Shown here piece by piece: positions 19,676 to 27,698 of a stretch of DNA of 64,000 nt. This stretch comes from Bacteriovoracia bacterium (GTDB lineage: Bacteria > Bdellovibrionota > UBA1018 > CAIPTA01). The position numbers were made by a program, and so were the translations under genes. Location: contig JBFWVL010000002.1 in assembly GCA_050246755.1 (NCBI GenBank), positions 224,001 through 288,000 of the forward strand, in the 5' to 3' direction. Positions within the stretch are counted from its first letter, which is position 1. Each line of letters opens with the position of its first letter. The notes beneath the pieces were generated by a model that did not search any database, was not told the origin of the DNA, and was given only the letters and a program-made list of their open reading frames with translations.

Positions 19676-20015
19676 AGTTCCGTGCCCCCGCGATTCACCA
19701 GCTCGCGCACATCTTTGGGCTCGGATTTTTTTGGCAGGCGCTTGATATAGTCTTCCATGCCCCGAAGGTTCGGCACCTGCCGCTGGTAGACGGTGCTCAC
19801 CCGGTCAAAGAGCGTGAGGTCGAGGCCGAGGGAATAGGGATTGTGCTTGAGCGCGCGCACGAAGTTTCCGTTGCTTGCGGGCCTGGGCGATACCTCTGCC
19901 CCGGAAGAGGTGGCCGGTTCGCGATTAGCGGTGCTGCCAATGATGATCGCGCCGTAGCCGCTATCGGGTGCGCCCCAGCGCCGGGTACGCTTGCTAGCCG
20001 AAATACCTCTGCCCC
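18720..20015. repeat. Five exact intragenic copies of ATACCTCTGCCCC plus one degenerate copy
   Basis: + orientation at 18720, 18850, 19890, 20003; reverse at 19640-19652; degenerate AAACCTGTGCCCC at 18775. Confidence 0.9.
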
Positions 20016-20625
20016 CGAGGTGGGTGGTCTCGGCCAGCGCGTCGGCGGGGGTGTCCACCACGGGGTAGGGAGTTTTCGCGGCGAGCTCCATGGTGTCCTG
20101 CTCGTGGGCGGGAATCTGCGTCCACATCGGCGAGGAGCTCAGTACGGACTCAAAACTTTCGCCCTCGAGGGTACGGCGCAGGATGCTTCCTTCGCGTAGT
20201 CCGAACGAGCTCGCGCCTTCTTCGAGGGAGGCCAGGAGGGCGCGGAAATTGGGATCGGCGAGCGCTTCCTGGGCACCGGAAGAATCGTTGTTGCCATACT
20301 GGTTGCGCACGCACTGGTGAAATACCGCGAGGTAACCCGCCGCAACCGATACCCACTGCGACTGCGTATTTTGGCGATACGCGTAGGCTAGGCAGGCCTC
20401 GCCGGCCCGCGCGCGGCACTGGTCTTTGCGGAGAGCATTGCGGAGGGCGAGCTGCATGCCCACGCAGGCATCGGCTTCGTGGTCGCTGGCGCAGTCGCCG
20501 TCGAAGCGGCCGCCGATCGCGGTTTCGATGCAGGAGAGCGTGGGTTTGGCGCTCGCGCCGGAGCGCAGAGGTTTTGCCTCCGCCGCGGTAGTAGCCAGGA
20601 GCAGGATGAAAACGAAGCTGTTCAT
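19672..20625 (-). CDS. Secreted Cys-containing hypothetical protein with C-terminal TLFDRVS..Y motif
   Basis: Signal peptide MNSFVFILLLATTAAEA; block CVGMQLALRNA shared with the neighbour. Confidence 0.8.
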   Translation of the reverse strand: MNSFVFILLLATTAAEAKPLRSGASAKPTLSCIETAIGGRFDGDCASDHEADACVGMQLALRNALRKDQCRARAGEACLAYAYRQNTQSQWVSVAAGYLAVFHQCVRNQYGNNDSSGAQEALADPNFRALLASLEEGASSFGLREGSILRRTLEGESFESVLSSSPMWTQIPAHEQDTMELAAKTPYPVVDTPADALAETTHLGGRGISASKRTRRWGAPDSGYGAIIIGSTANREPATSSGAEVSPRPASNGNFVRALKHNPYSLGLDLTLFDRVSTVYQRQVPNLRGMEDYIKRLPKKSEPKDVRELVNRGGTEL

Positions 20626-20626
20626 C

Positions 20627-21745
20627 CTAGAACTCGAGCGCGGCCGTGCCCTTTAGGTCGAAGATCGGCCGCGGAGCATCCGCTTGCTCGCGTTTCACGC
20701 CGAACATGAGAGGCGTCTTTTTATGGTACTGCGCGCGCACCATTTCGAAGATGCTCCGGCTGCTGATCCCGTTGCGATCGAGAGCCGCTTGCACTTCGGG
20801 GCTGATGCTGCCGTCTTTGGTGCCGCCACCCAGCGCCACGCCGCCGCCGGTATCTCCGGCGCCGGGCTTCCCGAAGAGCGAATCGAAGTCAGTGGTGGGG
20901 GCCGCGGAATTGATCTTCCGGTCACCACCGCTGGCGCTATACGCGCCTTCGCCAGCGAGGTCCTGGGCGTTGAGGCCGAGCCGGTCCATCACTTCTTCGC
21001 CGGTGAGGGGATTGGTATTGGCCATCGTGGAATCAATCATCTTCTGGAGCTCGGATTCCGATTTTCCGATTTTTGAAGAGCCGGCGAGAATTTCCGCGGG
21101 GCTTTTGCCCGCGTTCAAGCCATTGATGAGGTCGTCGCGGCTCAGGCCGGTTTTGTTTTCGAAGTCGTTGAGAATCTCCCCGATTTTTCCGCCATTGCGA
21201 GCGAGGGCCGGGTCGATTTTGATCGAGCTGCCGTTGCTCTCGTTCGACAAATTTCCGGGGCCAACGCTTTTTACGCTCTCGGCGGTGGGGCCGAGGTTAT
21301 TCGCGTATCCGCCGGCCTGCTGTCCGTTCTTACGCATATTGCTGGCAGCGGCGAGGGCGGCCATTCCGGCCATCATCAGCGCGATCCCCGCGGCCATGAG
21401 TGCCATACCGGGAGCCACGGTGGGAGGGCTCGCCATCATCGCGGCCCCGGCCGCCATCATTGCCATACCGGCGGCGATCGCCGCCAGGCCGAGGCTAGTG
21501 GAAGAGCTATCGCCTTGCTGATTGAGCTTGTTCGCGTCGTTCTGGTGCTGGAGCTGGGTCACGGTCGGCGCGGGAGGAGTGGGCATGGTGCTGGTGAATT
21601 TGTTGGCATCGGTTTTGGTGCTGGTGGAGCCGATATTCACGTCTCCCACGCTCACGCCGGCGGCCATGGCGTCTTCCACGCAAATATCGGCGGACGAAGT
21701 CCACAGAACCAAGGCGACAATCAATGTCCAAATGCCTAATTTCAT
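20627..21745 (-). CDS. Secreted hypothetical protein with Ala/Met-rich hydrophobic hairpin and C-terminal SIFEMV...Y motif
   Basis: Start set at MKLGIW; hydrophobic segment LGLAAIAAGMAMMAAG...; Gly-rich linker. Confidence 0.8.
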   Translation of the reverse strand: MKLGIWTLIVALVLWTSSADICVEDAMAAGVSVGDVNIGSTSTKTDANKFTSTMPTPPAPTVTQLQHQNDANKLNQQGDSSSTSLGLAAIAAGMAMMAAGAAMMASPPTVAPGMALMAAGIALMMAGMAALAAASNMRKNGQQAGGYANNLGPTAESVKSVGPGNLSNESNGSSIKIDPALARNGGKIGEILNDFENKTGLSRDDLINGLNAGKSPAEILAGSSKIGKSESELQKMIDSTMANTNPLTGEEVMDRLGLNAQDLAGEGAYSASGGDRKINSAAPTTDFDSLFGKPGAGDTGGGVALGGGTKDGSISPEVQAALDRNGISSRSIFEMVRAQYHKKTPLMFGVKREQADAPRPIFDLKGTAALEF

Positions 21746-21907
21746 ACGATACCCCCATTGGATGGACGCGGCTCGTCCCCGATCCAATAATCCCTATTCT
21801 TTTAATCGACTATCTGTGTGAGTTTCTTTAGAAAAAGGTCTAAAAGCGGGTGGATTTATATGGTAAAAAGTCGCCATTCCAAGATTAAGGAAAAGTCCTT
21901 AGATTTT

Positions 21908-21983
21908 GCCGATGTAGCTCAGTTGGTAGAGCAGCGCTTTCGTAAAGCGCAGGTCGCAGGTTCGAGTCCCGTCATCGGCTCCA
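21908..21983 (+). tRNA. tRNA-Thr(CGT)
   Basis: Cloverleaf GCCGATG...CATCGGC-TCCA; anticodon stem GCGCT-TTCGTAA-AGCGC; TTCGA T-loop. Confidence 0.97.
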
Positions 21984-21990
21984 ATTATGG

Positions 21991-22012
21991 CCTGTCTCCG
22001 GATGGAGACAGG
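21991..22012. terminator. Hairpin between tRNA-Thr and the convergent ACP-like gene
   Basis: CCTGTCTCC-GGAT-GGAGACAGG perfect 9-bp stem; weak U tract. Confidence 0.5.
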
Positions 22013-22025
22013 GGAATGGTCCATT

Positions 22026-22286
22026 TTAATAAGATTTATTTAGCGTAGCCAGATGGGCGGCGATTTCGCCTACCGTGAGCTCGCGGCGCGCCGACATTTT
22101 CTCGTTTTGCCGCAAGAGCAGCAGTTCCCGCAAATTCAATTTTCGGCCGCTCCGTTTTTCCAGCTCGGAGAAGAAATCCACTAGATCGAGGGAACTGAGG
22201 GTCAGCGGCGTGTCTGGCTCAGCGGAAATTTGGGTTCCGGTAACCTCGAGGTAGGACTCCTGGATGAGCTCAACGGCGTTCGGCAT
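22026..22286 (-). CDS. Acyl carrier protein-like small protein
   Basis: 86 aa; DTPL..LSSLDLVDF..ELE resembles the phosphopantetheine attachment motif. Confidence 0.6.
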   Translation of the reverse strand: MPNAVELIQESYLEVTGTQISAEPDTPLTLSSLDLVDFFSELEKRSGRKLNLRELLLLRQNEKMSARRELTVGEIAAHLATLNKSY

Positions 22287-22370
22287 GGCGCCCTAAGCTT
22301 ATGCGCGATCGAGTGCGCTAGGCAATCGGCTTATTGAGTTTGGGAGGGGCAGGGGATATATTTTTTCAAA

Positions 22371-23822
22371 ATGCTTCCAACTTCGGGTTTGCGACTCATT
22401 CCGGCCCTCGACGAAAACGAGCGTTTCGTTCTTTTCGCCCAATCCTTCACCGGCAAGCTGCTTCTCGCGCTCCTTTCCGCGGCCCTGCTTTGCGCATTCC
22501 GTCTCGAATTTTCGCTTCCTTACAGTCTGCTCGCTTTTTTCCTGGTCTGCGCGCCGCTTAGGGCGGAGCTCAAGCTCCTGCTCGCTGGCGCCGCGGGCTG
22601 GATTTTTTTCGAGCGGCCCGCCGCCTACTACGCGCTCTACGACAATCTAATCAACCCCGTTTTCGTGGAAAAGTTTTTGGGCACGGGGGCCTATTCGTAC
22701 GAATTTTCGGTAGTCTACCGCGCGGTCACGGCCGTGGTTCTGTTCGCGCTCCTTTCCGCGTTGCTCTTCTTCCGGCGTAATGCCAAGGTATTTTGGCTGG
22801 CCACCTTCTTATTCGCCGTTTCCGTATTCTTTCTCCCAAAAACCGGCTGGGCCGGGCTCATCCTCTGGACGAGTGCGCTCATCTTCTTCAAGGGCCTGGT
22901 GGGAATTTTTTTCGCCCTGGACCCCGATGAGATTCCGAAAAAATCCGGGCTCGCGGGAAAAGCCGTGGTGGCGTTCCAGCTCCTCGGGCACGGCATCTCC
23001 GTTCCGCTCCTGCAAAGCCCAGCCCAGCTCACCGATTTCCCGCACCGCGCTCGCTGCCAAATCAAGGGCGTGAAACTCTTGTTGTGGGGCCTTCTCCTGC
23101 ACCTAGGCAACGAAACCCTGATGCAATTCGTGTTCGGCAATTCCCAGCTCCCCGCCATCCGCGCCCTCGTTCCCCAATCGCTTGGCTGGGTAAATTATAT
23201 CCAGGCGGGGATGGACGCGTTCAACCTCAGGCCGGCTTCGCCGCTAAAAAACTGGGCCGTGCTCCTGCTCGTGAACTGGGATTACCTCCTGCGCACCGCC
23301 GTGATCACCAGCTTTTATATCGGGATCATCCGGCTCAGCGGGATCTACCTGCCGCGCTGGATTTACCGGCCCTATCTCGCGGTATCGTTCAACGATTACT
23401 TCCGTCGCTGTTTTTATTTCTACAGCGAATTCCTTCTGGCCGTCTTCTACGCTCCGGCGTGGAAGTGGTTGCGTGGCACTCGTCTCGCGCGCCCGGTACG
23501 GATATTTTTAGCCACGTTCTTTGCGGTGGGGCTAGGGGGATGGCTTTTCCACATCGCGCGCTGGGTTAACCGGATCCTCTATTTCGAGCCCAGCTATTAT
23601 TTAGGGCTTTACCTATCGATCACGCCGTATTTTTTTCTCCTCGGTTTGTTCACGGCGATCTCGGCGCTGCGAAATACGCCACGAGCTTGGCGTCCGGCGA
23701 GCCTGCTCTGGGTGCCCGTCTACTTCGTGTTTCATTCCTTAGTGATGGTGGCGTTCGCTCTCGAGAAAGACATGGGCGTCACGCAGAGGCTAGCGTTTCT
23801 CGCTTCGCTGGTCGGACGCTAA
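22371..23822 (+). CDS. MBOAT-like membrane-bound acyltransferase (AlgI/DltB-like, divergent)
   Basis: Polytopic; RLSGIYLP...RPYLAVSFNDYFRR...FYAP and GGWLFH (putative catalytic His). Confidence 0.65.
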   Translation: MLPTSGLRLIPALDENERFVLFAQSFTGKLLLALLSAALLCAFRLEFSLPYSLLAFFLVCAPLRAELKLLLAGAAGWIFFERPAAYYALYDNLINPVFVEKFLGTGAYSYEFSVVYRAVTAVVLFALLSALLFFRRNAKVFWLATFLFAVSVFFLPKTGWAGLILWTSALIFFKGLVGIFFALDPDEIPKKSGLAGKAVVAFQLLGHGISVPLLQSPAQLTDFPHRARCQIKGVKLLLWGLLLHLGNETLMQFVFGNSQLPAIRALVPQSLGWVNYIQAGMDAFNLRPASPLKNWAVLLLVNWDYLLRTAVITSFYIGIIRLSGIYLPRWIYRPYLAVSFNDYFRRCFYFYSEFLLAVFYAPAWKWLRGTRLARPVRIFLATFFAVGLGGWLFHIARWVNRILYFEPSYYLGLYLSITPYFFLLGLFTAISALRNTPRAWRPASLLWVPVYFVFHSLVMVAFALEKDMGVTQRLAFLASLVGR

Positions 23823-23849
23823 AACCCCTGAAATCCCGGCAAACTCCAT

Positions 23850-23879
23850 TTGACAGCGCGCCGCGTTCAACCATAAAGT
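23850..23879 (+). promoter_or_regulatory. Sigma70 promoter for tRNA-Ser
   Basis: TTGACA-N18-TAAAGT ending 21 bp upstream of the tRNA. Confidence 0.55.
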
Positions 23880-23900
23880 GCTGCTTCAGTTTGCGACGCT

Positions 23901-23988
23901 GGAGAGGTGGCCGAGTGGCCGAAGGCGCCTGATTCGAAATCAGGTATACCGCAAGGTATCGTGGGTTCGAATCCCACCCTCTCCGCCA
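23901..23988 (+). tRNA. tRNA-Ser(CGA)
   Basis: GGAGAGG...CCTCTCC-GCCA; anticodon stem CCTGA-TTCGAAA-TCAGG; long variable arm. Confidence 0.97.
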
Positions 23989-24017
23989 AATTTCGCAAAA
24001 GTTTAAATCAAAAAAAT

Positions 24018-24510
24018 TGTAAGGGTCCATTCCGGAGACATAGGTAACACTTTTGTGCCGAACGGATCGGCCACGGGCTCGACTCTTTTACCCTCTTCAT
24101 CAAAATATCCAAGATCATAATTCAAAAAAGATACGACCCAGATTCCATCCTCCACCTCTTTGATCCCCACTTCTTGGCCAGCAAAGGCCGTGCTTAGATT
24201 GATCTTTATACGCTTCCACGGCAGATTCTCTCGCACTGGGTGACCTGGATTGTTTTGTCGTGGAAGGGGCAAAAAAGTTCTGGAGCCCCAAGATAAGGGC
24301 GGGGCGATGGTTTGTAGAGCTCAACAGGGTACTTCATGCCGAGGCCTTGATGAGGGCGTTCTCGATTAAATTCTTCGATGAAGTGATCAAGTTTTTCCTG
24401 CTGCTCAAGGAGATTGTTTCCGGGCGGCCGTGTAGTACTTCGCTTGAGCGTCAGGTGCATACGCTCGTGCCGGCCGTTTTGCTCGGGGTGGTCTGTCCGT
24501 TCCAATTAAA
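24018..24510 (-). pseudogene. IS481-family transposase 3' remnant (truncated, frameshifted) with terminal TGT end
   Basis: QNGRHERMHLTLK...FNRERPHQGL in one frame continues as INLSTAFAGQEVGIKEVEDGIWVVSF...VLPMSPE in another; end TGTAAGGGTCC at 24018. Confidence 0.8.
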
Positions 24511-24512
24511 TC

Positions 24513-25397
24513 TTAGACTGCAGATTCACTGCTAAAGTCCATAGGCTCGGATGACTCGGGTAGTTCTGCCTTTTTGATCTTCCGGGCCTTCTCTGGGGGC
24601 TGCGTAAGGGATTTGATTCCGTCTTCAATCCAAGAGCGATATTTTCCAATACTAGTGTAAGCCGTATAACGAAAGCCACAGAAGAGGGAGGAGTCCGCAT
24701 AGAAAGCTGCCGAGGCCACGCCCAGCTGCAAGGCTTCTCCATTTTCGTCCAATTCATAGAGAGGCCCGCCAGAATCCCCCTTACAACTTCCGCCCCTGTC
24801 TGTGTTTTCAATCACGAACTGGCCGAGTTTTTCTTTTACATCTATTTTTTCAAAGACATCCGTACCCGAAACGGGGGCAGACATCAGAACGGACCAATCA
24901 GCAAAACCGGCAACGCGAATCTCTCCCATATCGTGAGCTTCATCAACTAAGCGAATCGCTTTATAGGGGGACGGCACATCGTTTGGCAGCAGGATAAGGG
25001 CGAGATCATTATTTTTTCCTTGTGCGTCCAGCATCTCGCCGGGAGTACAACGCTCCTTGGGATTAGCTTTCTGACATGTTTTCAGCGTTCCCGCCCACTG
25101 CTTGTGAACGAGCACGTTAATGGGATCGTCAGATATCGGCCTTCCCCAATTATCTCGAGCATATTGGAAATCTACGCGCATCCAGCTTGCTGGCCCTTGG
25201 ATGCAATGAGCGGCCGTAAGAAGAATTCGTGGGGCGATAATAGTGGCGGTGCAGTCTCCGCCTATGCCACTACGAATTTTCACAGTTGATTTTGATATGC
25301 TGCTGACTGGATCTTCTTTTACTCCGGAGCTAACTGCGAAGGCCGCTTGTCCGCAAAACGAGAGAAGAATGACGAAGCTCATGCAGAAGGTACGCAT
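24513..25397 (-). CDS. Secreted trypsin-like (S1) serine protease
   Basis: CTATIIAPRILLTAAHC, NDLALI, SCKGDSGGP catalytic triad motifs; signal peptide. Confidence 0.92.
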   Translation of the reverse strand: MRTFCMSFVILLSFCGQAAFAVSSGVKEDPVSSISKSTVKIRSGIGGDCTATIIAPRILLTAAHCIQGPASWMRVDFQYARDNWGRPISDDPINVLVHKQWAGTLKTCQKANPKERCTPGEMLDAQGKNNDLALILLPNDVPSPYKAIRLVDEAHDMGEIRVAGFADWSVLMSAPVSGTDVFEKIDVKEKLGQFVIENTDRGGSCKGDSGGPLYELDENGEALQLGVASAAFYADSSLFCGFRYTAYTSIGKYRSWIEDGIKSLTQPPEKARKIKKAELPESSEPMDFSSESAV

Positions 25398-25709
25398 ACC
25401 TATTAAAATGCAAAGATGAAGCCACGTTAAAGCTAAATAAAATCAAGAGCTTGTCTGGGTTCTATTAGCAGATATTGTAGAAGTTTTAGACGATTCGAGC
25501 GACATTCATCATTCGTTTTCGTTTTTTAGAAAGTAGCGGAGGGCGAACATCGATGCATCAAGATGGATGCGGTCGTCACGCACTCACACCGCAGAATGCG
25601 GACCGATCCGAGGCCAATCAAAATGGTTTTGCGGACATCGCTGCGGTTACGAGCTATAGACATTGGTTTGATGGACATCGATTTTTCTGTATTGCAGACT
25701 AACAAAAGC

Positions 25710-26147
25710 ATGAAGTTGATTCGTTACCTCTTATTCAGTGTAGTGGCAGTCGTCGCGGTAGTATTTGTGCTCTTTTCCTTAGTCCCGAGCGATGAGGTGA
25801 CCGAGCGATACGAGACGTATGCCGCAGCCAATGCGGCAGGTCTCTTTAGGAGAGGGTGGCTTCCAGGGGTGATACCTCTATCTTCAGAGAGGATTATCGC
25901 TTCGAACGATCTTGATTTGAATCTGTCCAGTGGAGAATTCTATTTTTCATTTAACGACAGAAATACATTCCTATCGCAATTGAGTCCCACCTCTCAAAAG
26001 ACGCAGAAACTTCTTGAGGAAAAGAAGAGAGATCTTTTGGACCAAGGATACAAATCCTACGAATTTTCCCAAAACAGAAGCCGATGGGTTTTTCTGGTTA
26101 ATCCCACCACGAGTCACGCCTTGTTCGTTATGCAATATGATCGTTAG
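25710..26147 (+). CDS. Hypothetical membrane-anchored protein (YbbD-like)
   Basis: N-terminal TM; Y.TYA.A...LF.RGWLP..IP...ND.DLN pattern recalled from YbbD-like proteins. Confidence 0.55.
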   Translation: MKLIRYLLFSVVAVVAVVFVLFSLVPSDEVTERYETYAAANAAGLFRRGWLPGVIPLSSERIIASNDLDLNLSSGEFYFSFNDRNTFLSQLSPTSQKTQKLLEEKKRDLLDQGYKSYEFSQNRSRWVFLVNPTTSHALFVMQYDR

Positions 26148-26265
26148 ACACTTGTTTGTAATACAAGCTTGGGAACTTTAAGTCCGGAAGATCTGATTTC
26201 TTTGAAGACGGCATTCACTATTTTGGGTTCAAATAAGCAATTGAATTGATTCAGCACCCGTAAAA

Positions 26266-26316
26266 TCCGCCAAATAAAAATCCGACGCCCCGTGAGAGGG
26301 TGGCGGATTTTTATTT
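26266..26316 (+). other. Duplicate of the tRNA-Ser 3' end (attR-like) followed by a 13-bp hairpin terminator
   Basis: TCCGCCAAAT at 26266-26275 equals 23982-23991; AAATAAAAATCCG/CGGATTTTTATTT perfect inverted repeat. Confidence 0.55.
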
Positions 26317-26610
26317 TGGGCAGATGGGAGCGGTGGACGAACACGCTTAAGGTTCGACGCAGGATGCGCGCGAGCCAGTAGGGATTCTACTCACTCAGTG
26401 GTGGGGAACGAGCATCAACGATCTAGTTACAAGCACTTAGTAATCGCAGCCGATAGTTTTGGAAGTTGCGGAAGCCGTAACTCCAAGGGGCTTTTTCAAC
26501 TTATTTGAATGCTATGACACGGTGCCCTCTAGAGAAATTATCCCTTCTTGTACGCGAGATATCGATCGTAGAATATGCGTGTTGGCTAGCAAGACGATAA
26601 GTGTATTGGA

Positions 26611-27066
26611 GTGAAGCTAATGGACGTGTGGAATATAAACATAAAAATTATATATATGATTATTCTGGTTTATGGCTTCGACGCGATGGCCGTTTGCGCT
26701 TCTCGCAGCAAACCCGCCGAGCAACGTTTTTATATTTCCGAAGTTGAGCCCTTGAGATGCCCTTGCGTAAATTCAGACAATGCCCAGTCCATTTTGGAGG
26801 AGCAGGGATGCTTAGTTCGTGCAAAAAGCTGGTCCTGGCTGGGGAAAGTTTTAGGACAAAAACCTACTTTTGATCAAAAGGTGCTCACCAACCGCAGGGA
26901 TATTTGCGCAATTAAAGGAGAGGGCGAGGTTACGGCCACCCTCGACGGAGATTGCCATGATGTTATTATGGATAAGGAAATTCCGCCTTGTAAGTGGCCC
27001 CATGGAGGCCTAGAGCCAAAAAATATGTGTAATTTTTTTTACAGAGTAGAAAGAATGTTATTTTAA
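26611..27066 (+). CDS. Small secreted Cys-rich hypothetical protein
   Basis: Signal-like N-terminus; Cys pattern shared with the downstream gene; start uncertain. Confidence 0.6.
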   Translation: MKLMDVWNINIKIIYMIILVYGFDAMAVCASRSKPAEQRFYISEVEPLRCPCVNSDNAQSILEEQGCLVRAKSWSWLGKVLGQKPTFDQKVLTNRRDICAIKGEGEVTATLDGDCHDVIMDKEIPPCKWPHGGLEPKNMCNFFYRVERMLF

Positions 27067-27609
27067 ATGGTTTTCTATATGAATAATCGATCTATGGCTA
27101 TTTTTCTGGGTATGGGATTTGTCATTTGTTGTTTGAAATTTTCTTCTATCGAAGCTCTTGGCAACTGTCCGAATTTGGGGCCAGACGAAGGACGTTCCGC
27201 GAAAGTTAACGTCGAAAAAATAGTTCCGAGTGAATGTGAATGCACCACCAAAGACGGCACTATTCAAAAAATTAAGGTTCATGGATGCATTTTAGAGGGC
27301 AAAACCTTTCCCGCAGACGGGGGGCTCTGGAATAATATGGATGAAGCGCCTGGGTATTCAAATGAATCCAAATCATTTTTTCAGAAATTTTTTAATCTGC
27401 CAATCCGTAAGGAATATCGAAGTCACCGTCTGTTCGGGTCTATGTGCGATGCGAAAGTGGGCGATTCATTGGACGTTACATTGAGGTTTTATTGCCATGA
27501 TGGCGGTTCCTATTACGGAAAAATTAACTGCGACGATCCGAAGAAAGAGTCCTTATGCGAAGACAGTTATCTCCTGCGGAGAAGAACATATCTGCAATAC
27601 AGGCGTTAA
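27067..27609 (+). CDS. Small secreted Cys-rich hypothetical protein (paralogue of the upstream gene)
   Basis: C...CxC...GC...C...CHD...C...C pattern. Confidence 0.65.
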   Translation: MVFYMNNRSMAIFLGMGFVICCLKFSSIEALGNCPNLGPDEGRSAKVNVEKIVPSECECTTKDGTIQKIKVHGCILEGKTFPADGGLWNNMDEAPGYSNESKSFFQKFFNLPIRKEYRSHRLFGSMCDAKVGDSLDVTLRFYCHDGGSYYGKINCDDPKKESLCEDSYLLRRRTYLQYRR

Positions 27610-27698
27610 ATGCTGTGCACCTAAACCGAAATTATAATTCGCACGTCTGATTCCATGGGCCACTAGCATTACGAGCTCCGCCTAGCTATGCTGGCCCC

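Noticed and set aside
21818-22048. ORFs overlapping tRNAs (also 23779-24030)
   Set aside because: Translations of tRNA sequence, e.g. WRRGWDSNP.
26144-26344. 66-aa ORF as an integrase remnant
   Set aside because: It spans the att-like site and hairpin, and shows no recombinase motif.
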